The notes under the pieces: generated by a model
Told to the model about the DNA's origin: nothing
Seen by the model: the letters and a program-made list of their open reading frames with translations, nothing else
Database searches by the model: none
Assembly (NCBI GenBank): GCA_027309555.1
Contig: DAIDCO010000003.1
Span: 6,737 to 70,736, forward strand
Reading direction: 5' to 3'
From: a bacterium
GTDB taxonomy: Archaea; Thermoplasmatota; Thermoplasmata; Lutacidiplasmatales; UBA184
DNA: 64,000 nt
Position numbers and translations under genes: made by a program
Shown: positions 19,212 to 29,496 of the stretch, one piece after another
Layout: every line of letters begins with the position of its first letter
Position numbering within the stretch: the first letter of the stretch is position 1

Positions 19212-19409
19212 GGTTCCCTTCCTTCTCTCGGTTCATTCCACGGAAGGTCGCCGCGAGCGCGCGGCCCGACACCGTTCGGGCAGGTCGGGACGGCGCCCTC
19301 CCGGCGCCTCCCGTTCACCAGAGCCAGGTCGCGGCAGTCCGGCCCACCGCCCGAGCATTTCGGCTGGGGCCCGTCCGGTCCGCCATCGTCCGGCCTCAGC
19401 CTCCCGCTC

Positions 19410-20150
19410 CTATTTAGCCTTCGCTTGGGCGGCGCCGTCGTTCGTCGCCCCCAGGACCCCGTCCACGAGGAGCGCGTGGATCGAAAAGCCGCGCAACATC
19501 TGGTCCCACATCTGCTTGCGGATCTCGACCGTGTGGGCGAATCCGGCGACGATCTGTCCGATCCACTCGCTGTGCTCGACATCCGCGACGACGTGCAAGT
19601 TGTAGTACTCGAGATGCGCCTCGTCGACCCGGTAGTGCGTCCGGAACGACGGCAGAAGTCGGGCGCAGAGCTCGACGTTCGGTGGCTCGGAGGAGCCCGC
19701 GGCGGAGACGTAGAACGGGTGGACCCGATTCGTGTAGAGGAAGTCGTCGATCGCCACCATCGTGCTCGGGAGGAGCGGTGCGGATTGGACCTCGGTGCGC
19801 GGAACGCCGAGGCCTTCGCAGAAGCGCAGCCACAGCTCGGGATGCCCGGTGGTCGTGCCCTTCGGGTCCCCGGCCTCCTCGACCAGTTGGTCCAGGATCA
19901 TCCGACGGTAGCGGTCGTTCGCCGGCTCCCAGGAGCAGTTCGCGAACCGCTCGGCCATCGCGATCGGGACGCTCGCGAGCCAGGGATAGAACTGCTTCAC
20001 CCACTCGCGGACGACGGGAATGGGGACCTCGCCGTTCTCAATGCGGGCGAAGAACGGGTGGGTCCGGAACGGGTGGTGTTCCATCTTGTACTTGGTGAGC
20101 TCCTCGCGGAACTTCTCGCCCTCAAACCGGACCCAGGGGGCTTCGCTCAT
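19410..20150 (-). CDS. TenA/PqqC-like haem-oxygenase-fold protein (iron-containing redox enzyme family)
   Basis: 246 aa, His/Glu-rich helical protein (HPFFARIENGEV, HPELWLRF, EAHLEYYNLHVVADVEH). Confidence 0.55.
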   Translation of the reverse strand: MSEAPWVRFEGEKFREELTKYKMEHHPFRTHPFFARIENGEVPIPVVREWVKQFYPWLASVPIAMAERFANCSWEPANDRYRRMILDQLVEEAGDPKGTTTGHPELWLRFCEGLGVPRTEVQSAPLLPSTMVAIDDFLYTNRVHPFYVSAAGSSEPPNVELCARLLPSFRTHYRVDEAHLEYYNLHVVADVEHSEWIGQIVAGFAHTVEIRKQMWDQMLRGFSIHALLVDGVLGATNDGAAQAKAK

Positions 20151-20267
20151 GGGCCGGCCGAGCGGAGGTCGCTATTTGCGACCCGGGGTTTCGACCTGAA
20201 CCTCGGCGTTCATCATCGGTCGGGCGGCTCCGCCCCCGTGTCCTCTTCTCCTAGGCCATCGCCGCTC

Positions 20268-21551
20268 GTGCCCGCGTACGGACCGCTCGCGGGAGTCCGG
20301 GTGCTCGAATCCGCCCGGTTCGTCGCCGGTCCGTGGGCGTCCGCGTACCTCGCCGAGTTCGGGGCCCGCGTCGTCCACGTGGAGGGACCCCCGTTCGAGG
20401 CGCCGTACGCCGATCCCACACGGACGCTCCGGCCGCTCCTTCCGGGCCCCCGCCCCGAGGAAGCGGTCTCGGAGTCGTGGGTGCAGTACGCCCGGAACAA
20501 GCTGTCGGTGGGCCTCGACGTGCGCCATCCGGAAGGGCGTCGGGTCTTCCTCGACCTCCTCAAGGAGTCCGACCTCTGGATCGAATCTTCCCGCCCCGGC
20601 ACGTACGACCGACTCGGGCTCTCCGATGCCGAGGTGTGGGCTGCGAACCCCCGCCTGACCATCGTCCACGTCTCGGGCTACGGCCGAACCGGCGACCCGT
20701 CCCGCATCACCGCTCCCTCCTACGACCTGACGGCCCAGGCCTTCAGCGGGTACCTCTCCCTCCAGGGGAAGCCGGACCCCGACCCGCCGATGCGGGCCGG
20801 GACCGCGCTCAACGACACGGTCACCGGACTCGCTTCGGCCACGGCGGGGCTGATGGGCTACATCCACGCCCAGCGGACCGGCCACGGCCAGTCGATCGAC
20901 GTGGCCCAGTACGAGATCTTCTTCGTTCTCCTCGAGAACCTCGCGCTTGACTACTTCATGCGGGGGGTCGTGCGCGGGCGGTTCGGGTCGGGTCATGCCC
21001 GACTCCATCCGTACGACGTCCACCGCGCCGCCGACGGCTGGGTCGTGGTCGCGGCCCCGACCCAGGAGTCCTGGGCCCGGCTTCGGGACCTCATCGGGTT
21101 CGCCGACCGCGAGTTCGACGACCGGGACTATCGCCTCGCGCACCGCGGTCCGGTCGACGCAGCGATCGCGGAGTTCTGTCGCCCTCGTTCGCGCGACGAG
21201 CTCGAGCGACTCGGCCGAGAGCGTGACGTCGCGATCAACCGAGTCTTCGACATCGCCGACATCGCGCGCGACCCGCACTACCGCGCCCGAGAGATGTTCC
21301 TCGAGTGGGACGACCCCGTTGCGGGGCGGGTGAAGGGACCCGGGGTCGCCCCGAAGTTCTCCGAGACTCCCGGCGGGGTCTGGAGGGGTGCGCCCTGGCT
21401 CGGCCAGGACAACGACCGCGTGCTCGGCGGGTTGCTCGGGTACTCCGAGGCGGAGGTCGCCCGGCTCCGGGCCGACGGGGTCGTCGGGGAGGACCCTCCC
21501 AGTGCCACCCCCCGAGATCCCGCCCCGTTCTTCGTCCGGGAGGGCCTCTAG
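20268..21551 (+). CDS. family III CoA-transferase (CaiB/BaiF/Frc type)
   Basis: GPLAGVRVLE N-terminal motif and conserved Asp region (SIDVAQYE). GTG start. The upstream 1.1 kb of the 805-aa track ORF is antisense to the TenA-like gene. Confidence 0.75.
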   Translation: MPAYGPLAGVRVLESARFVAGPWASAYLAEFGARVVHVEGPPFEAPYADPTRTLRPLLPGPRPEEAVSESWVQYARNKLSVGLDVRHPEGRRVFLDLLKESDLWIESSRPGTYDRLGLSDAEVWAANPRLTIVHVSGYGRTGDPSRITAPSYDLTAQAFSGYLSLQGKPDPDPPMRAGTALNDTVTGLASATAGLMGYIHAQRTGHGQSIDVAQYEIFFVLLENLALDYFMRGVVRGRFGSGHARLHPYDVHRAADGWVVVAAPTQESWARLRDLIGFADREFDDRDYRLAHRGPVDAAIAEFCRPRSRDELERLGRERDVAINRVFDIADIARDPHYRAREMFLEWDDPVAGRVKGPGVAPKFSETPGGVWRGAPWLGQDNDRVLGGLLGYSEAEVARLRADGVVGEDPPSATPRDPAPFFVREGL

Positions 21552-21552
21552 G

Positions 21553-22698
21553 ATGGGCGATGTCCCCGAGCTGCCGGATGACCCGGTCGTAGCGGAGATC
21601 CGCGAAGTCGCGGACCGCCTTGGCCTCGCTCGACGGTATCGCGAGCTCGACCGCGCGCCCTCGTTCCCCTGGGAAGAGTTCCGGGCGATGGGCGCGGCCG
21701 GCCTGATCGGCCTGCACACCCCCCGAGCCCTCGGGGGCCGCGGGCTCTCGGTCGCGCGGACGGGGATCGCCCTCTTCCACCTCGCGTACCTCGGCGGCAG
21801 CGCCTTTGCAAAGCTCTCGCTGCAGCCAGAATTCTCGAGCGTGCTTGCCGAGCACGGCTCGCCCGAGCTCGTCGAAGAGTGGTTCCGACCCCTCGTTCGG
21901 GGCGAGCGGCTCGTGGGCAACCAGATCACCGAGCCCGGTGCCGGGTCCGATGCCGGTGCCATGTCGATGGTGGCCCGGCCGACCGAGTCGGGCTACCGGC
22001 TCACTGGGGAGAAGAGCGAGGCCGCCTTCGCGATCGACGCGGGAGCGGCGATCGTCTACGCCCGCGTCCCCGGCCCCGACCCGCGCCGGGAGATCACGGC
22101 GTTCCTGGTCCCCCAGGAGCTGCCCGGTACGACGCGGAAGGCGAGCTCGGGCGATCTCGGCGAGCGCTGGATGCGGCGCGGTACCGTGCAGTATGCGGAC
22201 GTCCTCCTCCCCGAGCGCTTCCGTCTCGGTGAGGTCGGGGAAGGGTTCCGCTACGTCCGGTCGGAGCTGACCCGGGAGCACGCGCTCCTCTCGGCGATCT
22301 ACCTCGGGGTCGCGCGGTCGGCATGGGACGAAACGGTCGCGTATGTCGGCGAACGCACCGCGTTCGGGCGGCCGCTCTCCAGCCAGGAAGCCGTGGCCTT
22401 CCCCCTCGTCGAGGACGGCGCCGAGCTCGAGGCGGCCTGGCTGTTCACCGAACGGGTCCTCGCGCGGCTCGACCGCGGCGAGGAGGCCGACTCCGGCGCG
22501 GCGCTCGCCAAGTGGATGGCGACCGAGGTCGCGTTGCGCACCATCGACCATGCGATCCAGTTCCACGGGGGACGGGGGTACTCCCAGGACCTGCCGCACG
22601 AGCAGCGATGGCGCGACGTCCGCAGCGGGCGGATCGCCCACGGTCCCTCCGAAGTGATGCACGAGATCGCCGCGCGACGGCTCTGGCCACGCCACTGA
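21553..22698 (+). CDS. acyl-CoA dehydrogenase
   Basis: 381 aa, ITEPGAGSDAGAM signature and C-terminal QFHGGRGY. Start is 2 nt after the CoA-transferase stop. Confidence 0.8.
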   Translation: MGDVPELPDDPVVAEIREVADRLGLARRYRELDRAPSFPWEEFRAMGAAGLIGLHTPRALGGRGLSVARTGIALFHLAYLGGSAFAKLSLQPEFSSVLAEHGSPELVEEWFRPLVRGERLVGNQITEPGAGSDAGAMSMVARPTESGYRLTGEKSEAAFAIDAGAAIVYARVPGPDPRREITAFLVPQELPGTTRKASSGDLGERWMRRGTVQYADVLLPERFRLGEVGEGFRYVRSELTREHALLSAIYLGVARSAWDETVAYVGERTAFGRPLSSQEAVAFPLVEDGAELEAAWLFTERVLARLDRGEEADSGAALAKWMATEVALRTIDHAIQFHGGRGYSQDLPHEQRWRDVRSGRIAHGPSEVMHEIAARRLWPRH

Positions 22699-22734
22699 AC
22701 GGCGACCGGGGCTGGGCCCGCGGTCGGGAGCCGT

Positions 22735-24069
22735 TCAGGTCGCCTTCGAGCTCGCCGACCGAGCGCGTTCGGGGCGCCCCGGCTCGGCCTCGGGGTGCTT
22801 CGGGCGCTCCTGGAATTGCTCGGTTTCCGTGGACCCGTCCATGGCGAGCGTCGTGGAGAGGCCGCCGGAGAGGACCTGGGCTACGTCGTCGAAATAGCCC
22901 GTGCCGACGAACGACTGGTGCTTCACTGCGGCGTAGCCCTCTTCCTCGGCCCGGAACTCCTCTTCCTGGAGGTCGGTGTAGGCGGCCATCCCTCGCGCTG
23001 CGTAGCTCTTCGCGAGCTGGAACATGGAAAGGTTGAGGGCGTGGAACCCCGCGAGCGTCACGAACTGGAACTTGTAGCCCATCTCGGCGATCGTCGACTG
23101 GAACTCCGCGATCACCTGCGGCTTCAGTTTCTTGCGCCAGTTGAAGGACGGAGAGCAGTTGTACGCGAGGGGTTTCCCCGGGAACTGGGCGTGGACCTCG
23201 CGGGCGAAGCGCTCCGCCTCCTCGAGATCGGGGCCGGCGGTTTCGAACCAGAGGAGGTCGGCGTACGGCGCGTAGGCGAGCCCGCGGGCGATCGCCATGT
23301 CGAGCCCTCCCGTGATATCGAAAAACCCTTCCGGGGTCCGCTTCCCCGTGAGGAACTTCTCGTCCCGGGCATCGATGTCGCTCGTCAGGAGCTTCGCCGA
23401 TAACGCATCCGTCCGGGCCACGAGCACCGTCGGAACGCCGAGAACGTCCGCGGCGAGCCGCGCGGCCCAGAGCTTCTGGTTGAACTCCCGTGCGGGAACG
23501 AGCACCTTCCCGCCCATGTGACCGCACTTCTTCACCGATGCGAGCTGATCTTCGAGGTGGAGCCCCGAGGTGCCGGCGTCGATGAGCGCCTTCGTCAGTT
23601 CGAAGACGTTCAGGTTGCCCCCGAAACCCGCCTCCGCGTCCGCGACTATGGGCGCGTACCAGTAGACGCTGTCCTTTCCGAGCGCGTGCTGCTTCTCGTC
23701 CTCCCGGCGGAAGGCGTTATTGATCCGCCGGACGAGGTGCGGCATCGAATCGGCCGGGTAGAGGCTCTGGTCGGGGTAGGTCTGGCCCGCGTCGTTCGCG
23801 TCGGCCGCGACCTGCCAGCCGCTCGCGTAGACCGCCGGAAGGCCCCCCGCGACCATTTGGACCGCCTGGGTCCCGCTCATCGCGCCGAGGGTCGGAACGT
23901 ACGGCTCGGTGTGAAGGAGTCGCCAGAGCCGCTGGGCGCCGAGCGTGGCCAAGGTGTACTCGACCCGGACGGAGCCGCGGAGGCGCTCGACGTCCTCGGC
24001 CCGGTAGGGCCGAACGATTCCCTTCCACCGTTCGCTCTTCTTCCAGTCCGCGCCGACCTCTTCCTTCAT
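22735..24069 (-). CDS. aceA: isocitrate lyase
   Basis: 444 aa, KKCGHMGGK catalytic signature. Confidence 0.85.
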   Translation of the reverse strand: MKEEVGADWKKSERWKGIVRPYRAEDVERLRGSVRVEYTLATLGAQRLWRLLHTEPYVPTLGAMSGTQAVQMVAGGLPAVYASGWQVAADANDAGQTYPDQSLYPADSMPHLVRRINNAFRREDEKQHALGKDSVYWYAPIVADAEAGFGGNLNVFELTKALIDAGTSGLHLEDQLASVKKCGHMGGKVLVPAREFNQKLWAARLAADVLGVPTVLVARTDALSAKLLTSDIDARDEKFLTGKRTPEGFFDITGGLDMAIARGLAYAPYADLLWFETAGPDLEEAERFAREVHAQFPGKPLAYNCSPSFNWRKKLKPQVIAEFQSTIAEMGYKFQFVTLAGFHALNLSMFQLAKSYAARGMAAYTDLQEEEFRAEEEGYAAVKHQSFVGTGYFDDVAQVLSGGLSTTLAMDGSTETEQFQERPKHPEAEPGRPERARSASSKAT

Positions 24070-25715
24070 GACCCGCGGCCCTCCGCGTCCCGGAGATATG
24101 GGTACGCGTACTGCGTGATAAACTCCTCGAACGAGCGAGCGGAAACGACCCGGTCGAGCAGCCGGCGCGCCCGTCCGATGGAGCTCGGAGCGGCCGATCC
24201 GCCGGACTCCGCGCGCAGGGCGGCGGCCTCGCTCGCGAGCCCGCGACGAAACACGGCCCGGTCGACCGAACCTCCCTCCGCGAGGGGGGCACCGTGCCGT
24301 ATCCACTGCCACAACTGAGAGCGGGCGATCTCCACGGTGGCCGCATCCTCCATCAGGTGATCGATCGGGACGCAGCCGACCCCCTCGAGCCACGCCGCGA
24401 GGTAGCGAAGCGCGACGCGCGTGTTGCGCCGGACTCCCTCCATCGTGACCGCTCCGTCCGGGATCGCAAGGAGTTCGCGGGGCCCGATCGAAGTCCCATC
24501 CGGGGGTCGGTCGATCTGGTGCGGCCCTTTCATGCCGGCCTCGAATACGCGAAGGGCGGCCGGCACAAGCCCCGGATGGGCGACCCACGTCCCGTCGTGA
24601 CCCGCGCGGACCTCGCGCTCCTTGTCCGCGATGACACGGGCCATCGCCTCCGCGTTCGCCACCGGGTCGCCCTTGATCGGGATCTGGGCGGCCATACCGC
24701 CCATCGCGTGCGCGCCGCGTCGGTGGCACGTGTCGATCAGGAGCCGGGAGTACGCCGTGAGGAACGGGGTGGTCATCGCCAGGCTCGCGCGGTCGGGGAA
24801 GATCCGGCGGGGGTCGTCTCGGTACTGCTTGATGAAGCTGAAGAGGTAGTCCCATCGGCCGCAATTGAGACCGACCGAGTGCGGGCGCAGTTCGTAGAGG
24901 ATCTCGTGCATCTGGAAAGCCGCCGGCAGCGTCTCGATGAGCACGGTCGCCCGGATCGTTCCCGCGGGAAGGCCGAGCCGCTCCTCCGAGTCGGCGAAAA
25001 CGTCGTTCCAAAGCCGCGCCTCGCGGTAGTGCTCGATCTTCGGGAGGTAGAAGTACGGTCCCGTGCCCCGACGGACAAGCTCTGCCGCGTTGTGGAAGAA
25101 GTAGAGCCCAAAGTCGAAGAGGCTCGCCGACACCGGCCGGCCCCGCAGCGTCGCGTGGCGCTCCTCCAGGTGCCAGCCGCGCGGTCGGACCATGAGCGTT
25201 GCCGTCTGCTCGGCGAGCCGGTAGTCGCGGCCGTCCGACGATCGGTACGAGATGCTTCGCCGGACCGCATCCCGAAGGTTCACCTGGCCCGCGATCGTGC
25301 CGGACCAGGTCGGAGAGTGGGAATCCTCGAAGTCTGCCATGAACACCTTCGCGCCCGAGTTGAGGGCGTTGATGATCATCTTGCGGTCGACCGGGCCGGT
25401 GATCTCGACTCGGCGGTCCGTGAGGTCCGCCGGTGGAGGAGGGATCGTCCAGGACCGGGTCCGGACCCCGCGGGTCTCCGCGAGGAACCCGGGCGTCCGG
25501 CCCGAGCGCACGACTTTCCGGAAACCGCCGCGCGCCGCGAGCAATCGCCGGCGCGTCGGTCCAAATCGCTCCTCGAGCGCGGTCACGAACTCGAGGGCGT
25601 CGGGAGCAAGGATCTCGTCGAACCGTGGTCCGGAGGGGCCGGAGATTCGTATCCCCGGCGACGCACGCGCCCGGGAGGCGCGGCTCGCTGCGACCCTCCG
25701 CTTTCCGGCTTTCAT
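24066..25715 (-). CDS. aceB: malate synthase A
   Basis: 549 aa, malate synthase family motifs ([16 protein letters not shown]). Overlaps the aceA start by 4 nt. Confidence 0.85.
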   Translation of the reverse strand: MKAGKRRVAASRASRARASPGIRISGPSGPRFDEILAPDALEFVTALEERFGPTRRRLLAARGGFRKVVRSGRTPGFLAETRGVRTRSWTIPPPPADLTDRRVEITGPVDRKMIINALNSGAKVFMADFEDSHSPTWSGTIAGQVNLRDAVRRSISYRSSDGRDYRLAEQTATLMVRPRGWHLEERHATLRGRPVSASLFDFGLYFFHNAAELVRRGTGPYFYLPKIEHYREARLWNDVFADSEERLGLPAGTIRATVLIETLPAAFQMHEILYELRPHSVGLNCGRWDYLFSFIKQYRDDPRRIFPDRASLAMTTPFLTAYSRLLIDTCHRRGAHAMGGMAAQIPIKGDPVANAEAMARVIADKEREVRAGHDGTWVAHPGLVPAALRVFEAGMKGPHQIDRPPDGTSIGPRELLAIPDGAVTMEGVRRNTRVALRYLAAWLEGVGCVPIDHLMEDAATVEIARSQLWQWIRHGAPLAEGGSVDRAVFRRGLASEAAALRAESGGSAAPSSIGRARRLLDRVVSARSFEEFITQYAYPYLRDAEGRGS

Positions 25716-25931
25716 CCGTCCCGAACCGGTCCCGGCCCCACCCTGCGATGGGCCAGGAGCGGCTCGGTGCCCCGCGCCCTACCGCCCGCTCGCCAGATAC
25801 CTTCTTCGGCCCGGACCCGCCCGAACACGGCCGCCCTGCGTGCGGCACGGCCGACCCCGGCGGACCCGGCGACCGGCGCTCCCCGAGCGTGCGAACCCAC
25901 GCAATATATATCCCGCGGTAGCTCCGACAAC

Positions 25932-27266
25932 GTGCCGGAAGCTCCACAGGTTGGATCTCCCCTTTCGCTGCTTACCCTGCGAGAGACGCGACGGTTTATC
26001 GGACGTTTCCGGGCCATCCTGCTGACGGCCGCGTTCGTGATCGTCTACGCATTCGGTTCCATGGTGCTCGGCGGCATGTTGATCTTCGCGAACCTGGGGG
26101 GCGGCTATCAGATCCTCCCGATCTGGGGCAACGGGCTGGGGACGGATACTTGGAGTTACCCGGCGCTCCTCATCAGCGCTCCCTGGGGGTTCGTCGAGCT
26201 TCCGTTCTTCGCGACCCTCTCGATGGTCGTCGTATCGATCGGCGTCGGCATCGGCATGTCGGTCGCGGTCCTCCTCGGGATCTCGCTCGTCCGAACGCGA
26301 CGTCGGACGGCCGGTCGACCGGCCGCGGTCGGCACCGTGGCCGGGCTGACACCGGCCATGATTGCGCTTGTCACCCTCGGGGCGTGCTGCTCCACGACGG
26401 CTGCAGCGACCGCAGGCGTGGGACTGGTCGCGCAAGTGAGCGGGTCGACCACGAACAATCTGCTGCTCAACAACTGGTTCCTCGGGGTCTTCCAGATGGT
26501 GGTCGTATGGACCGCGCTCGTCGCCCAGGAGCTCGTGCTGCGGGTCTACGGCGGACTCTTCGGACTTTCGGGCCCGGACACCGACCGCGCCCCGGTGGCG
26601 CCCCGACTCGACCGACGCGTAGCGCTCGGAAGCGTGCTCCGGGCCGTGCTGCTGATCGGGGGGATCATGTGGTCGCTCGCCATGTTAGTGGAGTGGACCG
26701 CGGTCGGCCCGTTCAACGCCTCGGCGGCCCTTTGGTTCCGCTGGATCGTGGAGCATCAGGTCCCGGCGTTCCTCGCGATCCTGGCCGCCCTGTTCCCGAG
26801 CGGCACGCTGGCCGCGCTCCGCAGCTTGGGCCGACCCTCGGCCCTCGCGCTGCGAGGTGGCCTGGTGGTCGCGGGAGCGATCCTACTCCTCGGCGCCCCG
26901 CCTCCGTTCGCCGGTGCGGGAATCGAAGGGCTCGGGAACGAGCTCATGGGAGTCCTCGGCCTCCCGGCAGCATGGGGCGCCGTCGCGCCGGTGTTCGCCC
27001 CCGGGCTCGACCTCTACTTCCGCTGGGGGTTCCAGTACGGGTTGCTCGGCGGCTTTGCGGTCGCGGCGGGCGCCGCCCCACTTCGTGCATTCGTCCCACT
27101 TCTCTGGACGGTGGGAGCGAACACGGGGAGGGACGGCTCGTCGGTCCGGTCTCCGGCCGCGAGCGGCGGACCGTCCCCGGTGGCGGTGGCACCGACCGGG
27201 TTCGACGTGCGGGGCCCCGTGGCCGGAAGCTCTCCTGCCCCGGGTACCGTTGTCCACGGTCCCTAG
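25932..27266 (+). CDS. polytopic membrane protein, unknown function
   Basis: About 444 aa with 10 or more predicted TM helices and a Cys cluster [13 protein letters not shown] start at 25932 (alternative ATG at 26061). Upstream part of the 990-aa track ORF is antisense to aceB. Confidence 0.5.
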   Translation: MPEAPQVGSPLSLLTLRETRRFIGRFRAILLTAAFVIVYAFGSMVLGGMLIFANLGGGYQILPIWGNGLGTDTWSYPALLISAPWGFVELPFFATLSMVVVSIGVGIGMSVAVLLGISLVRTRRRTAGRPAAVGTVAGLTPAMIALVTLGACCSTTAAATAGVGLVAQVSGSTTNNLLLNNWFLGVFQMVVVWTALVAQELVLRVYGGLFGLSGPDTDRAPVAPRLDRRVALGSVLRAVLLIGGIMWSLAMLVEWTAVGPFNASAALWFRWIVEHQVPAFLAILAALFPSGTLAALRSLGRPSALALRGGLVVAGAILLLGAPPPFAGAGIEGLGNELMGVLGLPAAWGAVAPVFAPGLDLYFRWGFQYGLLGGFAVAAGAAPLRAFVPLLWTVGANTGRDGSSVRSPAASGGPSPVAVAPTGFDVRGPVAGSSPAPGTVVHGP

Positions 27267-27298
27267 GACCGTTCCCCCGGCACGGAGCGTCCTGAAGG

Positions 27299-29431
27299 AT
27301 GCTGGCCACCGAGCTGATTCTCGCCCTTCTCGCCGCGGGCATGGCCGGGGCGACGGCGTATCTCATCCGATGGGCCTCCGAAGCGCGGACCCCGCTGACC
27401 GCTTCCACGGTCGTCTTCCTCTTGCTGATGATGGTCGCGATGGTCGGCGGCGCCGCCGTGTACTACGCGCACCCCAGCTCGGCGTCGCTGGTCGAGGGGT
27501 TTTGGGTGGCCAGCGCGGTCATGTCGGTGAGCGTCGTCCAGGTATTCCTCGGGTTTCTCGAGGAGGTCCGCCAACGCTCCAGAAGAGACCCCGCCGCCGC
27601 TCCGCCCGTCCTCGCGCACGTACGGGGATTCGCCGCATCCGTCATCCTTCTCGTGCTCGCGAACGAGCTCCTGATGGGGTGGACGTTCCAGGCCGCCGCC
27701 GGTGCTCCGATCGCGGGGGGATTCTCGGGGCTCGGGTCGTTCTCGAACGGCCTCGCGGCGATCGTGAGCTCGCCGTGGTTCCTTTACACGATGTCGGCCG
27801 AGATGCTGCTCACGGCGTTCTTCCTGCGGCACCGCCTTCCGCGGGCGGTGCTCTTCGTGCTCGTCTGCCAAGCCCTGATCATGTTCCTCTCGCCCCCCGC
27901 ACTGCCGGTGCAGTCGTGGGCGGACGGATCGGTCTACCTGGCGAGCGGGCTGATGATCGCGCTCTTCGTCTTCCTGATGGAGTACCTCTACCGGACCCCA
28001 CTCGTTCCGAACGCCTTCGCGAGGTACATCGTACGGTTCCTGTGGGTATACGCCCTCATGATGGCGGGGCTGTACTTCTGGCTCGTGAACGCGAGCTCGG
28101 TCGCGTTCGCGCTGTCGGTCGTCGCCGAGATGGCGCTCTTCTTCGAGCTGGTGGTCCGCCCCGAACGCATCGACCCGTCCGACCGGATGGCGTGGCAGTC
28201 CCGTCCCCACTGGACGTTCCAGCTCCTCGCGGGGATCTTCGTTTCGGAGCTATTCATGGGCGCCCTGCTCGACGCCCGCCTCTACGGGGCGGTTTTCACC
28301 TCCGCGCTCCCCGCGCTACCGCTCGCCGGCGGAGCCGGGACGGTCGCCTACCACGCGTTCTACAACGGGTTCTGGTTCGTCGCCCTGACCACGGCCTCGA
28401 CCTGGTTCCTCGCAATGATGGGGCTCGAAATGGGGACGCTCGTGGCCTTCAAGTTCCGCGAAACGCGGTCGCGGGAGACGAAGGTCCGGCTGGGGCTGAT
28501 GATGGGGTGCTACGCGGCGTTCGCGGTGTTCTTCCCGAGCCTCTACTACTCGATCGTCTTTCCCCAGCTCGCGAGCGGCGCAAGCGTGCCGGTCCTCGGC
28601 TGGAGCATGGGGATCGGCTCCGCGCCGTTGGCTATCGGCGCCTTCGGCGTGGTGCTCACGAGCTATGCGATCACGGGCGCCGCCTCGTTCCTCTTCGGGC
28701 GCCGCGCGATCTGCTCCACCTTCTGTACCGCCCCGCTCATGTTCCAGGGGACGGCCATCGATTCGATGAAGAGCTTCAATCGAAGCTCACCGCTCGCGCG
28801 AAAGTATCTCTCGAGCCGCTTTTCCCGAGCCTATACGGCGACGACGGCCGCCGTGATGACCTCGCTCGTGCTCGCGTCGGTCGCCTCCTATCTCGACCAG
28901 ACCGGCCGCCTCCGCCTCACGGTCCTCGGCGCGGACCCGACGGTCTTTCTCTTTTCGTTCTACTTCAGCGTCCTCTGGTACGTGCTTTTCGTTACGATCC
29001 CGTACGCGGGCAACTACAACTGCGTGACGATGGGCTGGTGCTACACCGGCACGATCAGCCAGGCGTTCGGTCGCCTCGGTTTCTTCCGGCTCAAGGTCTA
29101 CGACCGCGACGTCTGTCGACGCTGCACGACGGTCGATTGCGCGAAGTCGTGCCCGGTCGGCCTCGTCGACATGCCCGGGCATTTCCGGCAAACGGGCGAG
29201 TTCCGTAGCTCGAAGTGCTGCGGGGTCGGCGATTGCGTCGAGGCGTGTCCCTACGGGAACATGTACTTCTACGACGTCCGCCACTGGCTGCGCGCCGGTC
29301 TCGGAATCGGGGAGCGGCCCCGGCCGAACCTTCTGCCGATGGCCCGGAGCGCGGTCGGGGGCGATCGTCGGAGCGAGTCGGTTCCCTCCGGGAGGGGTGC
29401 CAGCCCCCCCTCCTTCCCCTCGAGCCCGTGA
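27299..29431 (+). CDS. large membrane protein with C-terminal NapH/MauN-like CX3CP and ferredoxin-type Cys clusters
   Basis: 710 aa. About 12-14 TM helices, then ICSTFCTAP (CX3CP), CRRCTTVDCAKSCP and CCGVGDCVEACP clusters. Confidence 0.55.
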   Translation: MLATELILALLAAGMAGATAYLIRWASEARTPLTASTVVFLLLMMVAMVGGAAVYYAHPSSASLVEGFWVASAVMSVSVVQVFLGFLEEVRQRSRRDPAAAPPVLAHVRGFAASVILLVLANELLMGWTFQAAAGAPIAGGFSGLGSFSNGLAAIVSSPWFLYTMSAEMLLTAFFLRHRLPRAVLFVLVCQALIMFLSPPALPVQSWADGSVYLASGLMIALFVFLMEYLYRTPLVPNAFARYIVRFLWVYALMMAGLYFWLVNASSVAFALSVVAEMALFFELVVRPERIDPSDRMAWQSRPHWTFQLLAGIFVSELFMGALLDARLYGAVFTSALPALPLAGGAGTVAYHAFYNGFWFVALTTASTWFLAMMGLEMGTLVAFKFRETRSRETKVRLGLMMGCYAAFAVFFPSLYYSIVFPQLASGASVPVLGWSMGIGSAPLAIGAFGVVLTSYAITGAASFLFGRRAICSTFCTAPLMFQGTAIDSMKSFNRSSPLARKYLSSRFSRAYTATTAAVMTSLVLASVASYLDQTGRLRLTVLGADPTVFLFSFYFSVLWYVLFVTIPYAGNYNCVTMGWCYTGTISQAFGRLGFFRLKVYDRDVCRRCTTVDCAKSCPVGLVDMPGHFRQTGEFRSSKCCGVGDCVEACPYGNMYFYDVRHWLRAGLGIGERPRPNLLPMARSAVGGDRRSESVPSGRGASPPSFPSSP

Positions 29432-29496
29432 ACGCGCACGGTCCCCCCCCGCGGTCGCGGGCGCGGGAGTGCCCGGCCGGTACGGGGCGAACGGCG

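Noticed and set aside
19134-20267. N-terminal part of the 805-aa plus-strand ORF
   Set aside because: Antisense to the TenA/PqqC-like gene. The CoA-transferase homology begins at the GTG near 20268.
20172-21962. 596-aa minus-strand ORF
   Set aside because: Antisense shadow of the CoA-transferase/ACAD genes.
24294-25931. N-terminal 540 aa of the 990-aa plus-strand ORF
   Set aside because: Antisense to malate synthase. Only the C-terminal 444 aa (25932..27266), a coherent polytopic membrane protein, was kept.
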